Positions 17,700 through 28,582 of a stretch of 64,000 nucleotides of DNA are shown piece by piece. The notes under the pieces are model-generated. The model saw only the letters and a program-made list of their open reading frames with translations, was not told the DNA's origin and searched no databases. A program made the position numbers and the translations under genes. The first letter of the stretch is position 1; each line of letters opens with the position of its first letter. Source of the stretch: Pirellulales bacterium. GTDB lineage: Bacteria > Planctomycetota > Planctomycetia > Pirellulales > PALSA-1355. The DNA is taken from NCBI GenBank assembly GCA_963733035.1, contig CAVTBU010000003.1, positions 15,012 to 79,011 on the forward strand, read 5' to 3'.

Positions 17700-20648
17700 T
17701 TAGGTCCAATCCAGCGGTGCCAGCCAGGCCGCCTTCAGGCGGTCGAGGCCAACGACCATCACGGGGTGTCCGGCGTGCGACACCTGTAAGTCTTGCTGGG
17801 CAATCACTTCGCCGAGCCGGCCGAACGGAACGCCCTCGAGTTGCTTCTCGAACGCAGCGGCCTGCTCGGGCGGAACTTCGCACAGGAAACGGGTGTTCGA
17901 TTCGGAAAACAAGAGCACGGCCGCCGTGTGTGGATCGCTGGCGGTTGTGTGCGGCACGGCGGCCAGGTCGACTTTGGCTCCCAGCCCTCCTGCAAAAGCC
18001 ATTTCGGCAAGGGCCACGGCCAGGCCACCTTCGCTGAGGTCATGACACGACCGCACTCGCCCGGCGGTGATCGCGGCATGCACGGCGTCGAACGTTTGTT
18101 TGGCGACTTGAGCGTCGACGCGCGGCACCTGGCCGCCGGGCAGATGGTGGATGGCGGCAAAGTGCGAGCCGCCTAGCTCGTCATGCGTCGTGCCGACGAG
18201 ATAGATGTAGTTGCCCGCTGCCTTGAGGTCCATGGTGACGGCTCGGGCGACGTCGTCGATCTGCCCGAGCGCGCTGATCAGCAGCGACGGCGGAATGCCG
18301 ATCGATTGGGTTTGGCCCGCCTGGTCGACGTAGCGGAATTCGTTGTTGAGGCTGTCCTTGCCGCTGATGAACGGCGTGCCCAGGGCCACGGCCAGATCGT
18401 GACAGGCCAAGGCCGCGCGAACCAACGAACCCAAGGTTTGCGGTCGGTCGGTGTTGCCCCAGCAGAAGTTGTCGAGGATAGCGATACGGCTCGGATCGGC
18501 TCCCACGGCCACGCAGTTTCGCAGGGCCTCGTCGATGGCGCTGGCGGCCATGTGATAGGTGTCGAAATCGCCAAAGCGGGGATTCATGCCGCACGCCACG
18601 ACCACACCGCGCCGGGAATTGAGCACCGGCCGCACCACGGCGGCGTCACTCGGACCGTCGTTGTTTACGCCCACGAGCGGCTTGACGACGCTGCCGCCTT
18701 GTACCTCGTGGTCGTACTGGCGGATTACCCAGTGTTTGCTGGCTACGTTGAGCGATCCGAGGATCCGCGTGAGCGATTCGGTGAGGTTGGTTCCGGCCTC
18801 GGCGGTGATGCGCAGCGGTTCGACACCGGGAGGATCGTAGGATGCCTCGCGGACCACGGGCGGTCGGCCGTCGTGGAGAAACTCCATCGACAGTTCGCCC
18901 ACCACGTGTTCGCCGAATTTCAATTGCAGCCGGCCGGTGGGCACGAACTGGCCGATGACGGTTGCCTCCACGCCTTCGCGGGCGGCCAGCTCGCAAAACT
19001 CCGTCCACTTATCAGGCGGCACGGCCAAGACCATCCGCTCCTGGGCTTCGGAGATCCAGATTTCCGTGTAGGAGAGGCCTTCGTATTTGAGCGGAGCTTT
19101 GTCGAGCCACACTTCGGCGCCGATTTTTTCGCCCATCTCGCCCACGGCACTCGAAAAACCGCCAGCGCCGCAATCGGTCACGGCGTTGAAGAGCCCCCGA
19201 TCGCGGGCTTGCAGCAGGACGTCGAGCACCATCTTCTCAGTGATGGCGTTGCCGATCTGCACGGCACCGCCCGAGAGGCTTTCGCTTTCGTGCGTCAATT
19301 CGGCCGAACTGAACGTGGCGCCGTGAATCCCGTCGCGACCCGTGCGTCCGCCGAGGGCCACCACGTAGTCGCCCGGTTTCACCTCCTTGAAGGATTTGTC
19401 GCGCGGAATCAGGCCGACGTTGCCGCAATAGACCAGCGGATTGCCGAGGTAACGCCGGTCGAAGTAGATCGCTCCGTTGACCGTCGGAATGCCCATGCGA
19501 TTGCCGTAGTCGCGCACGCCCGAGACGACGCCCTGCATGACGCGCTTGGGGTGCAAAGCTCCTGTGGGAATTGCCGCCGCGGGGGTATCGGGCGGGGCGA
19601 AGCAGAACACGTCGGTGTTGCAAATTGGCTTGGCGCCGAGTCCCGTGCCAAGCGGGTCGCGGATCACGCCGCCAATGCCCGTGTTGGCGCCGCCGTAGGG
19701 TTCGAGCGCCGAGGGATGATTGTGCGTTTCGACCTTGAAGACGATGTTGTAGTCGTCATCGAAGCGGACGACCCCGGCGTTGTCGGCGAACACGCTCACG
19801 CACCAGTCCTGCTCGCCGAGCGATTGCCGGATTGTGTTCGTGGCGGCGAAAATGGTTTCCTTGAGCATATTGCCGAACGACCGCGGGCCGTCGGGCCCAC
19901 GGTAGGCGATGCGGCCGGCCAGCGTTTTGTGGCTGCAGTGCTCGCTCCAGGTTTGGGCGACCGTTTCCAGTTCGATGTCGGTTGGATCGCGGTCGAGCTG
20001 GCGGAAGTGAGCCTGGATGGTCTGCATTTCGACGAGTGACAGATATAGCTGTCCCTCGCGGCTGAGTCGCACGAGGGCATCGTCGTCGAGCGACCGGAAC
20101 GGCACGCGGACGAGCTCGAATCTGTACGGCGAACCAAGTTCCAGATGATCGAACGGCAGGCCGCCCACGATCACCTGTTCGATGGCATCGTTGGCCAGCA
20201 CCTTGGCGCAAATCAGCTTCAGGTCGTCGTCGCTGATTTCGGCAAACCAATATTTCCGCAGCGTTCGCACGGCATCTGGTTTTCGTCCGAAGTCGGCGAT
20301 CGCCGTCATGGCGCTTTGCGCAACGGGGTCCATTACTCCCGGCTTGGGGAGCACGTGCACCACGCTGCGATGCCCTGGAGCACTGTCGAGTCCGGCGGCC
20401 AGCGGGTCGACGAGGCGGTGGTCGCCGACCGGAGCGATGACAGCCCGCTCAACGACGCTATCAGCGAGCAAATGGCGGCTGATGCGACCGACTTCGATGT
20501 CGTCGAGGTCTCCCTGGATCAAGTATCCGGTGGCGGCGGACGCGACGAGTCCGTCGGGAAGCCCCAATTCCATGGCCGCGGCAGCAGCGCTCTCCGCGGC
20601 TCGATTGGGTTGGCCGGCGGCCGGATAGATGTCAACTTCCCACAGCAT
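17700..20648 (-). CDS. purL: phosphoribosylformylglycinamidine synthase subunit PurL (N-terminal PurS-like extension)
   Basis: 'WSEHCSHK', 'ETHNHPS', 'DCGAGG', 'ISEAQERM', 'QYDHEV', 'ISGKDSL', 'HDLSEGG'. Confidence 0.96.
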   Translation of the reverse strand: MLWEVDIYPAAGQPNRAAESAAAAAMELGLPDGLVASAATGYLIQGDLDDIEVGRISRHLLADSVVERAVIAPVGDHRLVDPLAAGLDSAPGHRSVVHVLPKPGVMDPVAQSAMTAIADFGRKPDAVRTLRKYWFAEISDDDLKLICAKVLANDAIEQVIVGGLPFDHLELGSPYRFELVRVPFRSLDDDALVRLSREGQLYLSLVEMQTIQAHFRQLDRDPTDIELETVAQTWSEHCSHKTLAGRIAYRGPDGPRSFGNMLKETIFAATNTIRQSLGEQDWCVSVFADNAGVVRFDDDYNIVFKVETHNHPSALEPYGGANTGIGGVIRDPLGTGLGAKPICNTDVFCFAPPDTPAAAIPTGALHPKRVMQGVVSGVRDYGNRMGIPTVNGAIYFDRRYLGNPLVYCGNVGLIPRDKSFKEVKPGDYVVALGGRTGRDGIHGATFSSAELTHESESLSGGAVQIGNAITEKMVLDVLLQARDRGLFNAVTDCGAGGFSSAVGEMGEKIGAEVWLDKAPLKYEGLSYTEIWISEAQERMVLAVPPDKWTEFCELAAREGVEATVIGQFVPTGRLQLKFGEHVVGELSMEFLHDGRPPVVREASYDPPGVEPLRITAEAGTNLTESLTRILGSLNVASKHWVIRQYDHEVQGGSVVKPLVGVNNDGPSDAAVVRPVLNSRRGVVVACGMNPRFGDFDTYHMAASAIDEALRNCVAVGADPSRIAILDNFCWGNTDRPQTLGSLVRAALACHDLAVALGTPFISGKDSLNNEFRYVDQAGQTQSIGIPPSLLISALGQIDDVARAVTMDLKAAGNYIYLVGTTHDELGGSHFAAIHHLPGGQVPRVDAQVAKQTFDAVHAAITAGRVRSCHDLSEGGLAVALAEMAFAGGLGAKVDLAAVPHTTASDPHTAAVLLFSESNTRFLCEVPPEQAAAFEKQLEGVPFGRLGEVIAQQDLQVSHAGHPVMVVGLDRLKAAWLAPLDWT

Positions 20649-21491
20649 CGCGGATGCGCTTGGCCTCAGTAAGGAGTCGTTCCAGTTCTGCAGCGTCCCG
20701 TGCCTCGATTGCATGACGCCAGGCTTCGAGCAGGGTCGAAAACTCGGCGAATGCCGCCAGCAGGTTTTCCCGATTCGCCAGCATGATCTGTCGCCACAGC
20801 GCCGGATCGCCGGCGGCAATGCGGGTCGTGTCCTGCCATCCGCCAGCCGTAAGCGTAACGTACCGCTCGGGCGTCGTGCCCGCAATGGCCGCGGCTACCA
20901 GGTGTGGCAGGTGACTGGTGACGGCCAGGGCTCGATCGTGCTCGTCGGCCGGCATTTCGACGACTTTGGCACCCACAGCGGCCCAGAATTCGTTCAGGCG
21001 ACGGACGTCATCTGGGCGCGAAGTTTTCACCGGCGTGACCACGACGGTTCGACCCGCGAACAGCTCGGCGGTCGCATGCTGAGGTCCCTTTTTTTCGTTT
21101 CCCGCCAGCGGATGGCTGCCGATGAAACGAACGTCGGTTGGCCAATTTGCCTCCGTGGCGGCGTTGGTTAGTTCGGAGACAATGGCGCCCTTGGTACTGC
21201 CGGCATCGGTGACGAGCGTTCCCGGATCACAATGCGGGGCCAGTTGCTTGACTTGCTGAACGATATGATCGACCGGGCGCAGACGACGACCAACTGGCTG
21301 CCGGCGACGGCTTGTTTCGCATCCGTGGCGACTTCGGTGATCGCGCCGAGTTGTTGGGCAGATTCGAGCGTCGCCTGACGCGAGCCGTAACCCACCACGC
21401 GGAGTTTGGCGTCACGTCGGCGCAGCGCCAAACCGATCGATCCCCCGATCAGACCCACGCCAACGACGGTGACGGAACGCACGGTATTCAT
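20632..21491 (-). CDS. tyrA: prephenate dehydrogenase (frameshift near 21277, probably a sequencing error)
   Basis: 'GVGLIGGS', then 'TDAGSTK', 'HPLAG', '[13 protein letters not shown]', 'DTTRIA' in the shifted frame. Confidence 0.88.
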
Positions 21492-21608
21492 TTGGAGAAG
21501 CGGCGATTGTAGCAGATTGGGCGCAGACTGTGCAGGCGGGGGCATGCCAGAGCAGAAGCGAAACTCGAGTGCCAGAACGTCGATTCGGATGGCGCCGCCT
21601 GTCGCCTG

Positions 21609-22988
21609 TTACGGCAACAGTTCGTCGACATCGTCTTTTTTGGGGGCGCTTAGCAGGGCGCGGTTCTTGGCGAGGAACTGCCCCAGGAAATCACTCAAGG
21701 CGTAGGCCGGCGCGGCCCCGACGGTTTCCCTGGCCGCCAGATTCTCGACGCCCAGCACGTCGGCTTCGGCCTGCATGAGCTGCTTCTTGGCCGACGCCTC
21801 GCGCTGGGCAATGAGCGGCATGTAGGCCGACTTGCAGGCTTCGACGCATTGGGCGTGAATCTCAGCCGGCAGCCGGACGTTCTGCAGCGTCACTTCGTGT
21901 ACTTCGATGCCATACTGCGAGACGCGCTCGCGCAAGGCACCATAAATCCGGCCGGCCAAATTGTCGGTGCCCGAGCGGTAGCCCCGATCGGTTGGTGAAA
22001 ACTGGGCGTTTTCGGGAACGTTTACCTGCAACTTCTGCCGCAGGTCGGGCGGCAAATCTTCGGCTACCTGATCGGCCACAAGCAAGCCCGTGTTGAGCCG
22101 CGAGACGACAGCGCGGGTTTGTTCCTCGGCGGTCCAACGGAGCCATTCGACGGCCAGCGCCATTTTGCGGCGCGATTCGACTTCGTAACGGGGTATGCCT
22201 GCTTCGTGCATTTGCTTGAGCTCGCTCTTGAGCTCCGGCCGCTGCCCGACTTTGCTGACGTCGCTGCTAACCAGCAGATAGAAATGCTCCAGCGAGACGA
22301 TGCGCCATTTAATGGTGCCACGCACGGTGATCGGCAGGTACTCGCGGGTCAGGACGTCTTCGTCCTCGAAGATGAGCGACTGCGGTTCGAGCGGCACGCG
22401 GAGCGCGATTTCCTCGCCGAGCATGTGGCGAATCAGCTTGATACCGCCGCCGTCGTGCAGGTTGTCGTCGACATAGTGCACGACCTTGTTGCGCAGAATG
22501 AGAATGCCTTGCGTCGGGTTCCAGCCGACCAGGCTCATCAGACCGAACAGCAGCGACTGGTCTCCCTTGCGAATGACTCGCGACTTGGCAGTCAACAGGA
22601 TGATGCCGTGCACGGCCAGCACGAGCGAGGCGAGCATCAGGAAGCTAATCGCGAGCCACCCCAAGAAGGGGACCAAGGCCACGACACCCATGCACAACAA
22701 AAACAGCAGCGCCCACAGCATGAAATAGATCAAGAGCACCTGGCCGATGCCGGTGGTCGTGGGGTAACCTCGCTCGGCCTGGGAAAAACCCTCGATCGGT
22801 CCGATGCGGGCGTCGGGCGGGGCGAGGATGGGGTCGGCGAATTTGCGGGGAACATTGTCGAGCGTGGCCGGCATCTGCGCGGGTACCTCGATCGGTCGTC
22901 CGCACTTGGGACAAGGATAACGCTTTCCGACCTGATCGTCCCGAGCGGCGACGCGCTGACCACACGAACAACGGAGTTCAACCGGCAT
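21609..22988 (-). CDS. SPFH/band-7 domain membrane protein with N-terminal Zn-ribbon
   Basis: 'CSCG..CPKCG', 2-3 TM, 'DVLTREYLPITVRG..W.I', 'YGIEVHEVTLQNVRLP'. Confidence 0.8.
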   Translation of the reverse strand: MPVELRCSCGQRVAARDDQVGKRYPCPKCGRPIEVPAQMPATLDNVPRKFADPILAPPDARIGPIEGFSQAERGYPTTTGIGQVLLIYFMLWALLFLLCMGVVALVPFLGWLAISFLMLASLVLAVHGIILLTAKSRVIRKGDQSLLFGLMSLVGWNPTQGILILRNKVVHYVDDNLHDGGGIKLIRHMLGEEIALRVPLEPQSLIFEDEDVLTREYLPITVRGTIKWRIVSLEHFYLLVSSDVSKVGQRPELKSELKQMHEAGIPRYEVESRRKMALAVEWLRWTAEEQTRAVVSRLNTGLLVADQVAEDLPPDLRQKLQVNVPENAQFSPTDRGYRSGTDNLAGRIYGALRERVSQYGIEVHEVTLQNVRLPAEIHAQCVEACKSAYMPLIAQREASAKKQLMQAEADVLGVENLAARETVGAAPAYALSDFLGQFLAKNRALLSAPKKDDVDELLP

Positions 22989-23229
22989 CAATTTCTCCCT
23001 GGCCGGGCGGACTTCGCGTCCCGCCGGCCGGAACTTGGCGGAGGGGCGAAATCCTCCTGATGGACAGTACATTCAACTCTAGGAGAGGGCCGTGGCCTTT
23101 GCAAGCAAGGCGCGACCGAGGACCAGGCGGCGGCCAGTGCCGGAACAGCGGTATGAAACCCGATCGGCAAGTCCCGCTCATTTCGCTAACCGACAAAGCC
23201 GGGTATTCTGGAGTCAGGAGAATACGATC

Positions 23230-24273
23230 ATGATCGGCCAGGCGCGGATCGGGACCAAAACGCTCGCCAACCTATGCCGGCGGCTGGCGATTTCGCTTTC
23301 GGCGGGTGTCGACGTACGCAACGTTTGGATGCGCGAGGCCGGCAGCGCGCATGGGGCCGCACGCAGGCACTTTGGCCAAATCCGTAGCGCCGTGGCCCGC
23401 GGTTCGACAATCAGTGACGCGCTCGACGAGACCGGCAACTACTTTCCCGAGTTCTTTCGCGAAATGGTTCGTGTCGGCGAGGAGACGGGCAACCTGCCGG
23501 AAGTGTTTCGCCAACTGGCCGAAAACTACGAGCACCAGTTGCAGATGCGGCGAACGTTGCTGACCGCAATCTCCTGGCCGATGATTGAGTTGGGACTGGC
23601 GCTCGGCGTGGTGGGGCTGGTCATCTTTGCGATGGGGGCCATTCCGCAGCTTGCCAAATCGAATATCGACATGCTGGGGCTGGGGCTCAAAGGCACCAGT
23701 GGGCTGATCGTCTATCTCGCGGTGCTGGCGGCGATCGCGGGAGGGTTGGCCGCGCTTTATCGTGCCGCCGTCCGCGGCGCGCTATGGACCACGCCGATTC
23801 AACGCGCGCTGATGAACGTGCCGAAGCTGGGCACCGCGATGGAGACATTTGCCCTGGCACGGCTGACCTGGGCGATGCACGTGACGCTCAACTCCGGGAT
23901 GGAACTGCGCAAAGCCATGGCGCTTTCGCTACGGAGCACGCAAAACGTGCTCTACACGCAACACGTCGATCGCGTCCTACGTTCCATTCGGGCAGGCAAC
24001 GAGATTCACGAAGCACTGGACGACACGCGCGTGTTTCCGCCGGGCTTTGTCGACGCGGTGCACGTGGGCGAGCAGAGCGGCATGCTGTCTGAAACGATGG
24101 CCAATCTGTCGACCCAATATCAGGCCGAAGCCCGGCTGGCGATGACGGTGATTACCGCGGCCTTGGGGTTCCTGGTGTTTGTGCTGATCGCCGGGATCAT
24201 CATCTTCTTCATCTATCAGATCTTTATGAATGCCTACCTGGGGCCCATCAACGATGCGCTCAAGCCGATTTAG
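23230..24273 (+). CDS. type II secretion system F / PilC family protein
   Basis: Two repeats 'G..ISDAL..FP..M..VGEETGNL' and 'VGEQSGML'. Confidence 0.9.
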   Translation: MIGQARIGTKTLANLCRRLAISLSAGVDVRNVWMREAGSAHGAARRHFGQIRSAVARGSTISDALDETGNYFPEFFREMVRVGEETGNLPEVFRQLAENYEHQLQMRRTLLTAISWPMIELGLALGVVGLVIFAMGAIPQLAKSNIDMLGLGLKGTSGLIVYLAVLAAIAGGLAALYRAAVRGALWTTPIQRALMNVPKLGTAMETFALARLTWAMHVTLNSGMELRKAMALSLRSTQNVLYTQHVDRVLRSIRAGNEIHEALDDTRVFPPGFVDAVHVGEQSGMLSETMANLSTQYQAEARLAMTVITAALGFLVFVLIAGIIIFFIYQIFMNAYLGPINDALKPI

Positions 24274-24377
24274 CGGGCGGCTTGGACTGGTTCGCTTGAA
24301 GCGGGGGCAGCAGTCCTTTTTTCGACGTTTTTCGCGGCTGCGAAGCAAAGAGATTCCCGTCGAAATCTCGCCGGGCT

Positions 24378-25691
24378 TCAGGCCGTGATGCCTGCTTCGT
24401 CACGCTTTGGCGCGGTTGCCCAAAGAGACAACAGGGCCAAGGGCAGCGGCAGAAGGCCGAACAGCAGTAGCGCCGGCCCGAAGTTGCCGGCGCCGTCGTG
24501 GATTACGCCGGCAATCAGCGGGCCCAGGCTCGACGACGCGACATTGCCAGTGGCGAGAATGCCGCGGATTTTGCCCAGGTGCAGTCGGCCGAAGAAGCGC
24601 GCAAAAAGCGGTTGCGACGCGCCGAAGAAGAGGCCCTGCGAAAAGCCGAGCAGTGCGGCGGCGACGGTGGCCGTGGCGACGGAGTTCGTGCCGCGGATGA
24701 TGAAGATGCCCGTGCTCATTCCCACCAGGCCCAGTGACAGCAACAGCCGGGCCGGCAGGTGGTCGGCAAGCGTACCGCCAACAAGTTGCATTAGGGCCAG
24801 GCTGCCGGCGAATGCGGTGAGGGCGGCCGCGGCGTCCTGGGCGTCCAGTCCGCGCTCTTGAAAGATGGGCACCAGGCAGAAGAACAGGGCCGTGTGGACG
24901 AGCGAAAAACAGGAGGTGCCGCCGGCCACAATCCAGAAGGAATACTTTCGCACGGTTTCCTCGAGCGTCAGCCCCCACCAATAGTTGGCCGGCAACTTCT
25001 GGTGTGCTTCCTCGCTGACGCCGTCGAGACGCTGCCCCATGTCTTCAGGGCGGTTGCGAAAGGTAAACCAGAAAAGCGGAAACACCACACACCAGATCGT
25101 GACCCCCAGCAGCACGTACGAGCCGCGCCAGCCCCACCGCGAAAGCAGCCACAAGTTGACCGCCGGAATGAAGAGCATGGCCATGCCCATGCCGAATTGG
25201 CGGATCCCCTCGACCATGCCCAGCCGGCACTCAAACCAATAGGGCAAGATGTTGCCGCTGGTAAATCCCAGCGCCCCGGGGCCGAGCATCCGCAACATGC
25301 AAAAGGCAAGCACCAGGGTGATCCATCCCTGGACGAAGGCCGTAACCAGGCAAGCCAGGCAGAAAAGCGTGATGGTGACGAGCGTGGTTAGACGTCCGCC
25401 ATGCCGGTCCATCAGGGCCCCGAAGTAAGTGATGGGCAGTGCGCCGAGCAGCGTGCCGATCATGTAGGCACCGGTCAGCTGACTGTAACTGAGACCGAGC
25501 GCCAACCGCATCGGTTCGTTGAAAATCGAGACGCCGAACGTCTGGCCGGGGGAACTGGCCACCAGCGCCACCATCGAGAGCGGCACCATGATCCAGCCGT
25601 AGTAAAGGGTGCCAGTGCGGCGGGGGACTTGGGTGGAATTCGGTTCCAGGCAGGTATCGGTGAGCACGCTCTTCAGGTTCCAGGCAGGCAA
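24378..25691 (-). CDS. MFS transporter
   Basis: 'YYGW', 'PGQTFGVSIF', 'G.LMDRHG.R', about 12 TM. Start uncertain. Confidence 0.88.
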   Translation of the reverse strand: MPAWNLKSVLTDTCLEPNSTQVPRRTGTLYYGWIMVPLSMVALVASSPGQTFGVSIFNEPMRLALGLSYSQLTGAYMIGTLLGALPITYFGALMDRHGGRLTTLVTITLFCLACLVTAFVQGWITLVLAFCMLRMLGPGALGFTSGNILPYWFECRLGMVEGIRQFGMGMAMLFIPAVNLWLLSRWGWRGSYVLLGVTIWCVVFPLFWFTFRNRPEDMGQRLDGVSEEAHQKLPANYWWGLTLEETVRKYSFWIVAGGTSCFSLVHTALFFCLVPIFQERGLDAQDAAAALTAFAGSLALMQLVGGTLADHLPARLLLSLGLVGMSTGIFIIRGTNSVATATVAAALLGFSQGLFFGASQPLFARFFGRLHLGKIRGILATGNVASSSLGPLIAGVIHDGAGNFGPALLLFGLLPLPLALLSLWATAPKRDEAGITA

Positions 25692-25823
25692 TAGTTCTTG
25701 TGAACACGATCATTCACATTTTCACCCGCTGGGACAATGCCGGATTTGGGTGGGTTCGTGGAATTCACCGAAAGCTCACGTTTCGCCGCCGGCCGACCTG
25801 CGCAAACACGCAGCGGGCAGTTT

Positions 25824-26735
25824 TTAGCGCTGTGCAAAACGTTGGGCCTGCTCGATGACGTCGACTCCCACCCGCTGGCTCCAAGCGGACATGCAGTCGA
25901 CAAACACCGGGCCCGGGTGTCCCTGGGCAATCGGCCGGTCGTTGAACCGCAACACAGGCAGGATGCAGGGCGACGTGCTGGTGAGAAAGACTTCGTCGGC
26001 CGCGGCGACGTCGGCGGGCTGCAAGTCGCGATGCGCGAATGGGATGTCTAACTCCGCGGCGATCTCGAGCAGCACGGCCTGGCTGATGCCTGGCAGAACT
26101 TTTTCTGCAGGCGGTAGCAACAGTCCTTCTGCTGGCCGGTAGATCAGGATGTTGGCAGTGGTCGTCTCGAGAACCGATCCGCCTTCGTCGAGCATCAGAG
26201 CTCGACTGCCAGGCGAATGGCGACGTGCATGAAGATCGGCCAGGTAATAGTGCATGCGGCTGCGACACTTGAGTTCCGGTGGCCAGCAGGCGGCGGGAAC
26301 CTGCGCCACGTCGGCGGCTACGAGCGACTCGCCCTGTTCGAACTTTGCGGCCCACTGGGCAAAACGGAGCGGAAACGTATGCAAGCAGACCGTCGCTGCC
26401 GGCGGCTCGGCCGACATGGCCGCGTAGGGACCGGGAGTGACAAACATGGAGAGTCCCAGGTCGTCGCCGGTGGACAGCAACGGGTGATTGCGCGCTACCA
26501 ACTCCAGGGCAACCTCCGCCAACGCCTCGCGCGTGAGGCCAGCCTCGACTTCGACAATCGACAGCGAGTGGAACAACCGCTCGATATGTTGTTCGAGGCG
26601 AAACAGGCGGCCGGCGAATGTGCGAAGCTGTTCGGCGACGGCCGTGCCTTGCACAAAGCCACCATCGGAAACGGGCAGCTGGGCTTGAGCGGCGGGGACG
26701 TAGCGGCCGTTGAGATAGGCGAAGGGTTGGGGCAT
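25824..26735 (-). CDS. aminotransferase class IV (IlvE/Dat/PabC-like paralogue)
   Basis: 'AYLNG', 'LFRLEQHIERL', 'LKCRSRMHY', 'VLPGIS', 'EVFLTST'. Confidence 0.88.
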   Translation of the reverse strand: MPQPFAYLNGRYVPAAQAQLPVSDGGFVQGTAVAEQLRTFAGRLFRLEQHIERLFHSLSIVEVEAGLTREALAEVALELVARNHPLLSTGDDLGLSMFVTPGPYAAMSAEPPAATVCLHTFPLRFAQWAAKFEQGESLVAADVAQVPAACWPPELKCRSRMHYYLADLHARRHSPGSRALMLDEGGSVLETTTANILIYRPAEGLLLPPAEKVLPGISQAVLLEIAAELDIPFAHRDLQPADVAAADEVFLTSTSPCILPVLRFNDRPIAQGHPGPVFVDCMSAWSQRVGVDVIEQAQRFAQR

Positions 26736-26838
26736 GTGGCGCTTGCGCTGTGAGGGACTGAGTGCGGCGGGAGTCGTCACGGGTGGACGGCCGACGCGGC
26801 AGTTTTTCGATTCTTGACCGGCATTCGGGTTCGTTCGT

Positions 26839-27837
26839 TCAGGGAATCACGCAGTGTTTGCCTTGACACGTGTCGCGGCGCTGGAGTTCGGCTTCGAAGG
26901 CCATGCGCACGGCCGGTTTGTCGAGGCACCAGGCCGGTCCGACAAAATAATCCGGCGGTGCGTCGCCGCTGATGCGTTCGACCATCGTCGTGCGCGGCAA
27001 CAGTTCGAGGAAGTCGACGAGCGTGTGGATGTATTCCTCGCGATCCATGAGCTGCACTTCGCCGCTGGCGACCTGCTCGGCCAGGGGGGTGTTCTTGACG
27101 GCGTAAAGGTTGTGAATCTTAATGGCGTCGAGACCCAGCCGCGCGACTTCGCGAGCCGTCTCGAGCATGTCGGCATGCGATTCGCCGGGCAACCCAAGCA
27201 TGATATGGGCGCAGATTTCGAACGATCGGCCGCGGCTGCGGTTCATGGCGTCGATCATGGCATCGTGGTGGTGGCCGCGGTTCATCCAGTCGAGCGACCG
27301 GTCGTGCATGGTTTGCATGCCATATTCGACGGAGAGATAGGTGCGGCGTCCGATCTCGTCGAGCAATTCGAGCACGTCGTCCGCGACGCAGTCGGGCCGG
27401 GTGCCGACGGCCATCCCGACGATTGCCGGATGTGCGAGCGCCTCTTCGTAAACCTCGCGCAGGCGGTCGAGGGGGGCATAGGTGTTTGTGGCGGGCTGGA
27501 AATACGCGAGGAATTGCTCCACTTTGCGGTACCGCAGGCGGAGTTGCCGGATGCCGGCGTCGATTTGGTCGCGAATGTCCCGCCGCGACACGCGACGGCT
27601 GGGGCTGAAACTGCGATTGTCGCAGAATGTGCAGCCACCGGTGGCTACCGTGCCGTCGACGTTTGGACAAGTAAACCTGGCGTCGATGCTGACCTTTTGG
27701 ACGCGGCCGCCGAATTTCTGCCGCAGGAAGTGGTTGTAGCCGTAGTAGCGTAGCCCGGCTGCGTGCCAGTCGAACGTCGGGGAGGCGGAACCGCGAGGGG
27801 TCGGGTGCCTGCCGTTTGGGCAAAGGGGGATAGCCAC
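26839..27837 (-). CDS. TIGR01212 (YhcC-like) radical SAM protein
   Basis: 'FTCPNVDG..GGCTFC', 'YFQPATNTY', 'GTRPDC', 'IKIHNL'. Confidence 0.92.
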   Translation of the reverse strand: MAIPLCPNGRHPTPRGSASPTFDWHAAGLRYYGYNHFLRQKFGGRVQKVSIDARFTCPNVDGTVATGGCTFCDNRSFSPSRRVSRRDIRDQIDAGIRQLRLRYRKVEQFLAYFQPATNTYAPLDRLREVYEEALAHPAIVGMAVGTRPDCVADDVLELLDEIGRRTYLSVEYGMQTMHDRSLDWMNRGHHHDAMIDAMNRSRGRSFEICAHIMLGLPGESHADMLETAREVARLGLDAIKIHNLYAVKNTPLAEQVASGEVQLMDREEYIHTLVDFLELLPRTTMVERISGDAPPDYFVGPAWCLDKPAVRMAFEAELQRRDTCQGKHCVIP

Positions 27838-27875
27838 AAACCCTTACCTTGTGGTGAGTTATTGACGAAAAATGG

Positions 27876-27904
27876 TTGACTGCCAAGGGGCGGGTATCTA
27901 CACT
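27876..27904 (+). promoter_or_regulatory. sigma70 promoter for FHA-rsgA
   Basis: TTGACT-N17-TACACT. Confidence 0.6.
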
Positions 27905-27972
27905 TCAAGTTAAGACTCCCCGCACGATCATAAGTCTTGTAAATAGGTGTCACAAGGTAAAGACGGACAGAC

Positions 27973-28461
27973 ATGCACGGCGAACTAGTTCCCCTTGGAG
28001 GAGGCGACCCGATCCCGTTGCTCAAGAAGAACCTGCTGGTCGGACGTCGCGAGAGCTGCGACATCGTCTTGCGGTTCTCGAATGTTTCGGCCCACCACTG
28101 CCAGTTGTACTGCAACGGCGGTTATTGGTACGTCAAGGATCTGCAAAGCCGAAACGGGATCAAGGTCAACGGATTGCGAGTCACGGAAAAACGGCTCGAT
28201 CCGGGCGACGAGCTCTCGGTCGCCAAGCATCGCTACGACGTTCGGTATTCGCCGTTCGACCTGGGGGCCATTGGGCCGCCACCGGTCGACGACGAGACCA
28301 CGAACGTGATGAAACAGTCGCTGCTGGAGCGCGCCGGCCTGGAGTATCGGTCGAGCAGCAAGCCGTCATCCGCTCCCAAACAGCCGAAGAGAATGGGCGA
28401 GCGGTTCGATATTCTCGACGACAGCGAAGGCCAGATCAAAGATCCGAACCGCCCCGTGTAG
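27973..28461 (+). CDS. FHA domain-containing protein
   Basis: 'VGRRESCDI..NVSAHHC..DLQSRNG'. Confidence 0.92.
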   Translation: MHGELVPLGGGDPIPLLKKNLLVGRRESCDIVLRFSNVSAHHCQLYCNGGYWYVKDLQSRNGIKVNGLRVTEKRLDPGDELSVAKHRYDVRYSPFDLGAIGPPPVDDETTNVMKQSLLERAGLEYRSSSKPSSAPKQPKRMGERFDILDDSEGQIKDPNRPV

Positions 28462-28480
28462 GATTCAAGGAGCCCCTATG

Positions 28481-28563
28481 GGATCAAGGGTGAAGGGTGA
28501 ACGCCGACGGAACCTCGATGCGGTTCGGTTGCCGGGTCGGTTTTCACCCCTCAGCCTTTATCC
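28481..28563. repeat. long imperfect inverted repeat between the FHA gene and rsgA
   Basis: Arms GGATCAAGGGTGAAGGGTGAA / TTCACCCCTCAGCCTTTATCC match at 18 of 21 positions, with extra inner pairing. Confidence 0.6.
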
Positions 28564-28582
28564 TGTAGGACGTCCTCTCTGA

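Noticed and set aside
6312-20039. Long antisense ORFs (e.g. 6312-7847, 7828-9576, 12836-14446, 18183-20039; also 48431-50155)
   Set aside because: These are shadow ORFs opposite well-supported genes, expected from high-GC codon bias, and carry no motifs.
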